From a virus (taxonomy: Duplodnaviria > Caudoviricetes): a stretch of 64,000 bases of DNA. Positions 1-8,472 of the stretch are shown one piece after another. The position numbers and the translations under genes are program-made. Within the stretch, counting starts at the first letter, position 1; the number at the start of each line of letters is the position of its first letter. The notes beneath the pieces are model-generated. The model saw only the letters and a list, made by a program, of their open reading frames with translations, searched no databases and was not told the origin of the DNA. Location: the IMG/VR virus record IMGVR_UViG_3300007754_000852; one strand, given 5' to 3'.

Positions 1-1891
1 CCCTGTGGTCTTTGACGTCAGACGGTGTAACAATATCAATTCCGCCTGTTGTTGCTAGCTCAATGCTTAGCCTCTCAAGGATTTCTCTTTTTGTCTTTAT
101 CGTACTCTCAGTATTCACAAGACTTTCTTTATTTTTTTCAATGATTGATGTTTGATCATCAATTAACGAGTCCCAGTCCTCATGTTTCATCAGTCTGGCT
201 TTTGATCGTGTATCAGATGAGTCATTTTTTGCAAAATCATGAAGCTTATCAAATATGTCTAGATCAAGAAAGTTTGTCAATATCATTTTTCTTGCAGTTG
301 CCTTTTCTCTAATGAACGTATTCATCTGTCCCTGTGACGCAAGAGATGTCATTAAGAAATCTTCTGATGTTCCTATCATATTTCTAACAATCTTTTCAGT
401 GTTTCTTCGTTGCTCACCTGATAGGTCTGATACTATGTCGCCCGCGTCATCAATCTCATATAGGTAGAGGCTCGTTGTTGCATATGTGTCATTTTTTTTT
501 GTTGTATTTTTGACAGTCTTTCTCTTTATTCTAAACTTTTTTCCATTCATGCTAAATTCAATTGTTGAGCTACAACTATTCTTTCTATTATTGATTACAT
601 GAATGTTTTTTATCGGACCTCTGTCTGTAGTGTTAAATAAACCATACATCAATGATCCAATTATCGATGACTTTCCTTTTGTATTTTTTCCAAAGATTCC
701 AGTTATTCCAGGAAGATTATCAAAATTTACCATATTTCCAGAACCGTATGCAAACGTATTATTAAACTTAAAATTATTAATTTGCCACCTTACGTTTCTT
801 AGCCTCTCATCCTCTAACACTATTTGAGATAGATATTTGTCAATTAGATTATCAAATTTATCAAATGTTCCTTTTCTATGGCTAATGTTATCATAATATT
901 CTCTAATCAGCCTTTTTTGAGCTTTTGCATCTCTTAAATTATCACCACTTACACTTTTTTTATTGTTAATTTCTGATGAATTAAATGTTGTTTCAGACTT
1001 AAACACGACCTCAGATGCAGACTTAAACGTTAACAGCTCATTTTGAACCTGTCTTGATGTTGCCTGTGTCATACTTTGGTCAGATCGTATCCTGAACCTG
1101 GAACCGTTTGGATACTTTGCAGATTCTATTAATGTCTTTTTAACGCTTCCCTTCCAGTCAATCGTTATAAATGGCTTACTGTGTGGTATCTCATGAAAAG
1201 AAACATCGAAGTCATCCTTTCCCCTGATATCCCAAAATAAAAACCCCTTGCCGACCGACTCACCGTAATTTTGCTGAATTTGTGACCCGCAATAGGCTAT
1301 CTTTTTATCATCAGTTAAGAATTGAACATAGTGAATGTCAGCTAAAAGAGCATAGTCATAATCATCAAAAAAGTTTGCTGTTATCTCACCTTCAAGCTCC
1401 CAATTTGAATCAGTCTTAGAACCCTGAACACATCCGTGAAATAGTGCTATATTTACATCATCGTCAGTCGGTTTGACATCTTTCCAGCCTGGCTCATCAA
1501 AGCATGAAAATACGTTCCAGCTAAATCCAGGATGATCTACTATGGGATATGTTCCTGAATCCTTATAAAGATATATGTTTGGATCATTTAATGCTGACAG
1601 TATCGGTGATATCGCATCCTGTCTAGACTTATTCAAAAGAAGGCCGTCATGATTTCCAAGAATCACATGGACAGGTGCGATCGACGACAGCTCCCTAAAC
1701 CACCAACAGATGTTGTCTATCAGCTCTGGAGATATCCCTTGCGTCTTTGAATGAACAATATCACCGCCGACGTAGATGACATCTGGATTTAATTCTGTAG
1801 CAATCTTAAAAAAGGCTGCAAATGACTCTCGATACTCGTCGTGGCGTGAAAGTCCACGCCAGTGAATATCTCCTAAATGTATGACTTTCAT
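1..1891 (-). CDS. Mre11/SbcD nuclease fused to Rad50/SbcC ATPase (gp47-gp46-like); 3' end runs off the window
   Basis: Not in the ORF track because there is no stop in the window. Manual translation from ATG at 1891: MKVIHLGDIHW, GGDIVH, LGNHD, FHG and LADIH phosphoesterase motifs, then in the same frame Walker A GIFGKNTKGKSS (~665-705) and Q-loop LASQGQ. Confidence 0.92.
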   Translation of the reverse strand, partial: MKVIHLGDIHWRGLSRHDEYRESFAAFFKIATELNPDVIYVGGDIVHSKTQGISPELIDNICWWFRELSSIAPVHVILGNHDGLLLNKSRQDAISPILSALNDPNIYLYKDSGTYPIVDHPGFSWNVFSCFDEPGWKDVKPTDDDVNIALFHGCVQGSKTDSNWELEGEITANFFDDYDYALLADIHYVQFLTDDKKIAYCGSQIQQNYGESVGKGFLFWDIRGKDDFDVSFHEIPHSKPFITIDWKGSVKKTLIESAKYPNGSRFRIRSDQSMTQATSRQVQNELLTFKSASEVVFKSETTFNSSEINNKKSVSGDNLRDAKAQKRLIREYYDNISHRKGTFDKFDNLIDKYLSQIVLEDERLRNVRWQINNFKFNNTFAYGSGNMVNFDNLPGITGIFGKNTKGKSSIIGSLMYGLFNTTDRGPIKNIHVINNRKNSCSSTIEFSMNGKKFRIKRKTVKNTTKKNDTYATTSLYLYEIDDAGDIVSDLSGEQRRNTEKIVRNMIGTSEDFLMTSLASQGQMNTFIREKATARKMILTNFLDLDIFDKLHDFAKNDSSDTRSKARLMKHEDWDSLIDDQTSIIEKNKESLVNTESTIKTKREILERLSIELATTGGIDIVTPSDVKDHR

Positions 1892-1918
1892 ATACTCAAA
1901 TTTTGCACAAGTCCAATA

Positions 1919-1948
1919 ATATTACACAACCTGTACTGGTATTTACAA
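1919..1948 (-). promoter_or_regulatory. Possible sigma70-like promoter (TTGTAA-N18-TAATAT) upstream of the Mre11-Rad50 gene
   Basis: Lies in the 80-bp intergenic gap; weak consensus match in AT-rich DNA. Confidence 0.22.
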
Positions 1949-1972
1949 AAACATCTCATCTAATAAATAATC

Positions 1973-2944
1973 TTAAAATGATGATCCACTCTGTAGCCTT
2001 CCTATTTTCCTTAAAAGAAAATCAGACATATTCCACTCAACTGCCTCATCCCTCTTAGCTAAAAAGTCTTTCTTGCTCATATCACCCACGTCTGTGTCTT
2101 CATCAAGGCTTACCATTCTAACATGACAGCAGTATTCTGACAATAGCCTTGCATATCTGTCTGTCTTGATCACCATGTCTGAGTCTAGCGCTAATAGAAC
2201 TGGAGTGCTATTGGCTATGATTCTTTTGAATAGCATTGATTTTTCACTAAGTGACGATCCTAAAAGACATGTTGCATTTGAATTACACTTTACAAGATCA
2301 AACGGGCCTTCGACGATCGTTAGTTCATCATTCCATCTTATGTTTATCTCATTAAACACAATAGATGTCTTGTCTAGCTTTGAATTTAGATACTTTGGCC
2401 TTACCTTATTATCAATGGTTCTAGAAGAAAAGTAGTTAAGATCACCAAATTCATCAAATGATGGTACTATTATCCTTCTTCTGTGCTCGCCGGACCTGGC
2501 TGTTCCAAACTTAAAATACCAAAAGTCTCTATCTTTTAGACCCCTGCCATAGACATAGCTGATACAAGCCTTTATGTCAGGATCGTTACTATCAAGACTA
2601 TCAGCGAGCAAGACAAAGTCATCTGGTAACCTTACACTCTCCTCTATGTCGTCTTCATGTGTAGGTTCCAGGCTTTTTCCTAAAAACTCTGACGCGTATT
2701 GTCTTGCAAGAGAGACATCTATGTATCTCTTTATTATATTTTCGAGAGTCTTTCCCTTTGTACCACACACCCAACAGTGAAACTGCCACGTCTCTAGGTT
2801 TATCGAAAGCTTTTTCTTTCTCACCTGTCTACTGTTAGATGCACACGCAGGACACATCACAGCTATATTTTTTCCATCTCTTGCTAGTATTGCAGGACCA
2901 AACACCCTTTTAACAAATCGAATTTTTTCACTTATGCTTTTCAT
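1973..2944 (-). CDS. DNA primase (zinc finger + TOPRIM)
   Basis: CPAC...CWVC zinc-binding motif, RIIVP, YFSSR, IVEGPFD and LALDSD TOPRIM acidic motifs. Confidence 0.85.
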   Translation of the reverse strand: MKSISEKIRFVKRVFGPAILARDGKNIAVMCPACASNSRQVRKKKLSINLETWQFHCWVCGTKGKTLENIIKRYIDVSLARQYASEFLGKSLEPTHEDDIEESVRLPDDFVLLADSLDSNDPDIKACISYVYGRGLKDRDFWYFKFGTARSGEHRRRIIVPSFDEFGDLNYFSSRTIDNKVRPKYLNSKLDKTSIVFNEINIRWNDELTIVEGPFDLVKCNSNATCLLGSSLSEKSMLFKRIIANSTPVLLALDSDMVIKTDRYARLLSEYCCHVRMVSLDEDTDVGDMSKKDFLAKRDEAVEWNMSDFLLRKIGRLQSGSSF

Positions 2945-2974
2945 GTATAACTTTAAAAATATACAATTATTTCT

Positions 2975-3517
2975 TCACGTGTTCATATGTGAATATGCAC
3001 TAGCGATGACATACGCATCTGCTGAATCAAAGCACCCCTCTGACACAACAGTCTGCCCCTTTCTCGGTCCGCTTTTTAGCACTCTCGTCTCCCAGATATG
3101 ATCAGGAATTTTTGATGATACCCACTCAAGAATCTGTTCCTTTGTCGTCTTATCAGATTTTCTATCAAGCTTTAGCCCGACAGACTTTCTAGCAACGTTG
3201 ACATTAATGTGGTCAGGCTTCATGTTAAACCTGTCGTAGCAGATATACGATATAATTCCATTAAATCTGGCAAGAGTCATTAATGTCTTAGCTGATGATA
3301 GCCCAGGTCTAAATGCCTGTAAGTTTTCTTCAATTAAGATTTTTTGTATCGCGTGTTTTTTAAAAACATCTGACAGATCGTCGGCAACCCTTGATGCCTT
3401 ATCATACATTTCGTCTATCTTTTTTAAAGAGATAAACCCAATATCGACAAGAGATCCGTCATAATCAATAACACACCAGCCTGTACAACTTGTTGAAACA
3501 TCGAGGCCAAGTATCAT
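2975..3517 (-). CDS. RuvC-like Holliday junction resolvase
   Basis: N-terminal ILGLDVSTSCTGW, ILIEE and C-terminal DSADA acidic residues of the RNase H/RuvC fold. Confidence 0.75.
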   Translation of the reverse strand: MILGLDVSTSCTGWCVIDYDGSLVDIGFISLKKIDEMYDKASRVADDLSDVFKKHAIQKILIEENLQAFRPGLSSAKTLMTLARFNGIISYICYDRFNMKPDHINVNVARKSVGLKLDRKSDKTTKEQILEWVSSKIPDHIWETRVLKSGPRKGQTVVSEGCFDSADAYVIASAYSHMNT

Positions 3518-3522
3518 TTTAA

Positions 3523-6369
3523 TTAAAAATCTTCCCTTATCTTAAAGAGCATCTCATCTGAGCGTCGCTTTTTAACAGGCTGTGCCAGCTTTACCTTCAT
3601 TATAACATTTAAATTATCATCGTGAAAGTTTATTCCGTCGATATATACAAACTTTGGATCATGATCATTTGCATCAAATGACGCTGACACAACCTGATAC
3701 TGCGGGTTTGATGATGAATTATGAAGACCTACGTCACACGGTACATTTATCGTTAATATGTGAGAGCTTTGCTCTCCCTTAAAACTAACCTTATACTGAT
3801 CTTTTCCAAAGAACGGAATGTTTGGAGATTTTATAAGAACTATCCCTTCATCATAGAAAATATTTCCTACGCTGGCCCACTTAGGGTGCGGCGTCAGGGA
3901 ATCAGACCTGTAAATGCTTCCTTTTCCATTGTCACTTAATGTCATCTTGACGGCACCACTAGATCCGGTGACATCGTAGTCCTCTATCTTGAAGCTTCCA
4001 GGGAGTATTCTGTTTCCATAGTATAGATTTGATATGTCAAATATCACTATCTCATTAGAGCTAACGTCTCTAGTTCTCTGTGCAACAGCAAGGCTTGCTA
4101 TTTCAGGCGCTCCTGATGCCTTTTCAGGTGTTGCACCGAGCAAAGTTTTTGCAAATGCATTACTGGGCACTGCCATGCCGTCATACCACAATCTTGGATT
4201 TCCACCAGACGCTATCAGTTTATCTATGTTAATTACGCTTAGATTAAGATCTCCAAGATCACCTTTAAACCGTGACATAGGCCCGCTAATAAGAGACTCA
4301 GGCAGCGTGCCACTTCTAAGGATCTCATAATCAGGAAAGAATAGACCGTTATCACACGGTAAGACAGTTAGATTTCTCTTTCTAGCTGATCCGCGGAGAA
4401 CGTCTTCCCACTTTGAATTAGAAACAGCTAGAGATCCTGTTGAGCTTGCATAAAAATACTCATTAAATGACCACTCTGTATTATCGCTGTGCGATCTGGC
4501 AACGCCGACATCGCTTCCTACGTTGTTTGTGGTTGTCGGGCCTGTTGAACCGGTTAACCTGTATAGGCGTGGGTGATTGTTTGTGATGAAATCTCTAACA
4601 AAGTTTTCAAGGTTTAAGACATGACCGCCGACTGCAAGAGACGCTGTGACGTTAAATGGAGTATTTGTCTGTGCAGTTTTATCAAAAAACGGTGTCTTAA
4701 GTATTTTTCTCGGACGACTTTCCTTAACAAAGTATGGTGGAAGATAAAACAGCATGCTTCCTGTTGACGTCTGCCCGATAATAGATGCGCTGTGAACGAT
4801 GTTATCATCAACATACTCTGTAAATATCTTTACGTCATGGATCTCAGCATTTAACGGATGGTTTAGCTCGAATCCTGAATCGCCTTTTGATCCTGTTGGG
4901 TCTCCTTTGAAGCCCAGGTCAACAACTCCCTCATTTGACGCCGCCGTCGAATTAAAAAATTTAGCTGAATTTGCCCCTGCCTCATTGTCATTTTGATCAA
5001 TTACATCTGATCCGCTATAATAGTTTCCAATAAATAAGGCACCAGCTGTTTTAAATGCTGTCGAACCAGCGCCAGGCTGTATTGATGATGAGTTTATTGT
5101 AAATGGATATGATGCATCATCAACCCTTATGCTTCCCTCACCATTATTAAATAAATTCGTTCCCCATCTAATCGATATATGATGCCAGTGATTTCTCTGC
5201 AGTGAGTTATCTGGTGTGATAAACATCAGTCCAGACTCACTAGACTGTGGTGCAGCCATCGCTACCTGATTTTTATATTTTGAATTTGATGATGATACCT
5301 CAACGGGAATCTGTGACGGCTCCCAGTGTTCACAGCTTTCTGCCAACTGAAGCAGTATCCTGTATCCTTTTGTCAGACCATTTTCATCACGCTCTGACCC
5401 TGACACAAGAGATATAGCATAGTTGTTTGGAAGATGCATGATGGTTCCAGGCTTGAAATCCTGATCTGATGCACCATTATGATATCTTGGATTTATATAG
5501 AAGTCAAATGTAAATGAACCACTAAGTGTATATGGAGGAATTGTACTAAAAATCGGTACAGCGCTAGAAAATACTGCCCACCTGTACGGAACCATATTAT
5601 CTGGGTTGTCTGATCCACCTCTTGGATCTAGCTGCTTTCTAAGATACCCTGATCTATACGGTCCAAAGGTATGGGCAAATCCTGGGCTGAGAGATGTCAC
5701 GGTGCTATACCCTCTCAACGCACCTGAATTTGGATATATCAGTGCAGAATCACTAGGAACATTTGATGCTGTAAAAAAGTTTAATGAGTGATAGTTTGTA
5801 TATGAGTACTCACAGGAATCATACTTTGAACGATAAAATGGCATCAGTGAATTCTTGATCGTAGACTTGATCATTGATCCTGTAGACATCGCGGACTGCT
5901 CATATGCGTAAGCCATGTCAGAATTAGCATTTCTAACCTCATAATAGAAATCATTTTCACCATATCTTCTTATAGGGATCATCTTTCTATTTCTAGGGAG
6001 AACATTACCGCTATGAACGTATGACATATATTCATCAATAACAGACGAAATATTGACGCTCTGTTGCTGTCTGGTCGCACTTAAAACCTGCCTTGACGCT
6101 CCGACAAGGTCATCCTCTGCTGCAAATCCTCCTAGACCCTGTGAGCTAAACGCGTTTTTGTTTTCTGCAGATATAGAAAAATCCTTGACATCCTTGATAA
6201 ATGGACTAGGTCTAGCAGACACGCTAACAGACCCAGACATCTGACTGGGCACTGTGTGTGCATTATTTGAGCGATCACTTGCCTTTGACGACGAAACAAA
6301 AGTAACATCTGGATGTAAGGTTAAAGACGTATTCTCAAAGAATTCTGATAGTATCTTTATAAGAGACAC
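3523..6369 (-). CDS. Large virion/baseplate protein with LamG-like region and tail-collar-like C-terminus
   Basis: 948 aa, GTG start after GAGG. LamG-like TFDFYINP...WHHISIRW...IHDVKIF. C-terminal INFHDDNLNVIMKVKLAQPVKK resembles that of the 423-aa neighbour. Confidence 0.6.
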   Translation of the reverse strand: MSLIKILSEFFENTSLTLHPDVTFVSSSKASDRSNNAHTVPSQMSGSVSVSARPSPFIKDVKDFSISAENKNAFSSQGLGGFAAEDDLVGASRQVLSATRQQQSVNISSVIDEYMSYVHSGNVLPRNRKMIPIRRYGENDFYYEVRNANSDMAYAYEQSAMSTGSMIKSTIKNSLMPFYRSKYDSCEYSYTNYHSLNFFTASNVPSDSALIYPNSGALRGYSTVTSLSPGFAHTFGPYRSGYLRKQLDPRGGSDNPDNMVPYRWAVFSSAVPIFSTIPPYTLSGSFTFDFYINPRYHNGASDQDFKPGTIMHLPNNYAISLVSGSERDENGLTKGYRILLQLAESCEHWEPSQIPVEVSSSNSKYKNQVAMAAPQSSESGLMFITPDNSLQRNHWHHISIRWGTNLFNNGEGSIRVDDASYPFTINSSSIQPGAGSTAFKTAGALFIGNYYSGSDVIDQNDNEAGANSAKFFNSTAASNEGVVDLGFKGDPTGSKGDSGFELNHPLNAEIHDVKIFTEYVDDNIVHSASIIGQTSTGSMLFYLPPYFVKESRPRKILKTPFFDKTAQTNTPFNVTASLAVGGHVLNLENFVRDFITNNHPRLYRLTGSTGPTTTNNVGSDVGVARSHSDNTEWSFNEYFYASSTGSLAVSNSKWEDVLRGSARKRNLTVLPCDNGLFFPDYEILRSGTLPESLISGPMSRFKGDLGDLNLSVINIDKLIASGGNPRLWYDGMAVPSNAFAKTLLGATPEKASGAPEIASLAVAQRTRDVSSNEIVIFDISNLYYGNRILPGSFKIEDYDVTGSSGAVKMTLSDNGKGSIYRSDSLTPHPKWASVGNIFYDEGIVLIKSPNIPFFGKDQYKVSFKGEQSSHILTINVPCDVGLHNSSSNPQYQVVSASFDANDHDPKFVYIDGINFHDDNLNVIMKVKLAQPVKKRRSDEMLFKIREDF

Positions 6370-6388
6370 ATGACCTCACAATTAGAAA

Positions 6389-7660
6389 TTAAAAATCAAG
6401 TCTAACTCTAATTGTCAGATCTTTCTCATTATTTTTCTCAATTGGTCGGCTAAGCTTAGCCACAGCTAGCAAGTTATCATTGGCATCATACAGCCCAACA
6501 GATGTAAAGAATGAGAATGACTTCTGTGTGCTCTCCTGTCCTGCCTCGATCACCTGTATGTCATTGCTAGAGTCAACATAGGTTGGATTTGCTGAGTAGT
6601 TGAACTCGTCAGCTGTAGCACGACAGAATATCAACGTAGAGTTAATGTTTGTAATATTTTGGAATGTTATTGCTGTCTGTGATCCTGAGCTGAATCTACA
6701 GCCACAGATATGATTGACAATATCATCAATCGATGCCGACACCACTAGATCTGGAATGAACTTGGCATCAGCATTTCCGCTTAGATCTGCTGTTCCTCCC
6801 TGTGTTCCTCCTCCGATAACCATCTTTCCTGTTCCGACAGATCCCGGATTATTCTCATTCATCGCTGAAATTGCACCAGAGACATGCTGTCCGCCAGACA
6901 AGATCTTCTTCATGTCAAATATGGCTGTTCCTTGCTGATAAAACAGCACACCGACTGACTCTGCAGTATTAGCAGCATTAACAATATTTCCAGCTGATCC
7001 TCCAAATGTAGTCTCTTGATTTGATGCTGCCCCAATGTCTGCAAATATCTTTGATCCGCTTATCGTCGTTCTGTTGAGATTCGTATACGCCGGTCCTGCA
7101 ACAGATCCATTTCTAGCTGTTGTATCCTCGGTATCAATGCAAGCAGTTGCAAAGAATCTCATAGCAAAGCTCTCACGCTTTATCTGATCTCTTGTAAACA
7201 GACGCTTAAAGTTAATAAACATCGCCTCATCTATTCCGTCTTCAGATCCAGCGTTGCTAATTGGTGCTGTAAATCGTGCGCTTGCATCACCAAGAAGAAG
7301 CTTTGCATGCTGCCTGTAGATGTCAACTTTCTCTCTCATCATCACTGACTGAGATGGGAATAGCAGCTTTCCTGCTGAATCCTGCCCTGTCGCAGATCCT
7401 GTAACTGTTGCACTGCCGCTATAGAGGCCCATCGTTATATCAAATACCGGATTTGATGTTTGTAATGTGAAATCTTGATCATGCACTGTTTGGAATAGTG
7501 ACGACGTTACACCTGGACCTATTCCGCCTGTAACAAATACCTGATATTTTTTTCTTGTTGTAGACCCAGATATATCTTCCTGGATCACATCAACAAGTTG
7601 ATTTAGAAATGATCTACTTGTCTTAATGTCTGATGCTGCTATTTGTTTAAATGTAGCCAC
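6389..7660 (-). CDS. Virion/baseplate protein with tail-collar-like C-terminus
   Basis: 423 aa, GTG start after GGAG. Ends VGLYDANDNLLAVAKLSRPIEK...RVRLDF, like the GL(F/Y)D-x-x-G/N-x-LxAV motif of tail-collar/baseplate proteins. Confidence 0.6.
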   Translation of the reverse strand: MATFKQIAASDIKTSRSFLNQLVDVIQEDISGSTTRKKYQVFVTGGIGPGVTSSLFQTVHDQDFTLQTSNPVFDITMGLYSGSATVTGSATGQDSAGKLLFPSQSVMMREKVDIYRQHAKLLLGDASARFTAPISNAGSEDGIDEAMFINFKRLFTRDQIKRESFAMRFFATACIDTEDTTARNGSVAGPAYTNLNRTTISGSKIFADIGAASNQETTFGGSAGNIVNAANTAESVGVLFYQQGTAIFDMKKILSGGQHVSGAISAMNENNPGSVGTGKMVIGGGTQGGTADLSGNADAKFIPDLVVSASIDDIVNHICGCRFSSGSQTAITFQNITNINSTLIFCRATADEFNYSANPTYVDSSNDIQVIEAGQESTQKSFSFFTSVGLYDANDNLLAVAKLSRPIEKNNEKDLTIRVRLDF

Positions 7661-7675
7661 TTAAAGAACTCCAAC

Positions 7676-8377
7676 CTACGAAATCTGAACTTTGAAGCTT
7701 GTAAATGCACCTGAATTCATGCCAGATATCTCTACAACCTTTTCTACAACTGAGCCGCCTTTCTGCTTATATGTCGTGTGAACTGAATTTGACACAGATT
7801 TTGCCTGGACTGTCATGGTTAAGGCGCCTAAGTTTGATGTGTTTGTTATGGGATCAGCAGGTATAATGTATGTTGCAATGTTATCAGCGTTAACAGAGTC
7901 AGGACCTCCTACGCCGGGAATTGACAAAAATAGATTATCTATTGTCACCTTAAACGAAGCATCTGTTAGCTCTGGTGCCAAGACACCTCCACCTGACACA
8001 GCTTGCTCAACAGTCACCTTCTTTGATATGTCACCTGCAGTTGTTGACCTTGTGAGTGAAAGCGTGCTATCTGACACACCTGTGAGCGTTAAGTTAGGAA
8101 GCTTTGTCAAATTTGGATTGCTAATGCTTACCAGCCTGTACTTTTGTCCAAGATTTCCCCTAGTTAACGCTTCAAGAACTGGTGTGTTCTTTTCAATCTT
8201 TTCCTTGCCGACGGTTCTACCAAACTTTTTAATAATTGAATAGTCTATCTCATCATCCCCTAGTGCAAATTTAACAATAGAAAATGATCCGTCATTTCTC
8301 GCTAGAAATTGACGACCGACATCTGTTAAAACAGCGTCGAGAATAATGTTGTTAGTCGAATGATCAAGATACCCGAT
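7676..8377 (-). CDS. Virion structural protein (233 aa), apparent non-canonical ATC start
   Basis: The ORF track gives only the last 144 aa. The frame stays open upstream: (I)GYLDHSTNNIILDAVLTDVGRQFLARNDGSFSIVKFALGDDEIDY... It is bounded by an in-frame TGA with no ATG/GTG/TTG. SD-like AAGAGGTG precedes ATC 8377-8375. The N-terminus resembles that of the 372-aa protein. Confidence 0.75.
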   Translation of the reverse strand: MGYLDHSTNNIILDAVLTDVGRQFLARNDGSFSIVKFALGDDEIDYSIIKKFGRTVGKEKIEKNTPVLEALTRGNLGQKYRLVSISNPNLTKLPNLTLTGVSDSTLSLTRSTTAGDISKKVTVEQAVSGGGVLAPELTDASFKVTIDNLFLSIPGVGGPDSVNADNIATYIIPADPITNTSNLGALTMTVQAKSVSNSVHTTYKQKGGSVVEKVVEISGMNSGAFTSFKVQIS

Positions 8378-8423
8378 GATACACCTCTTTTTTCAACAGG
8401 CCGTGCCTGAACTTCTATCAATA

Positions 8424-8453
8424 ATTATACAAATCTTAATTATTCACAGTAAA
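8424..8453 (-). promoter_or_regulatory. Candidate promoter TTTACT-N18-TATAAT
   Basis: Perfect -10 hexamer and 4/6 -35 match in the 95-bp gap upstream of the ATC-start gene. Confidence 0.4.
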
Positions 8454-8472
8454 TAGAATTATTTATCTATCT

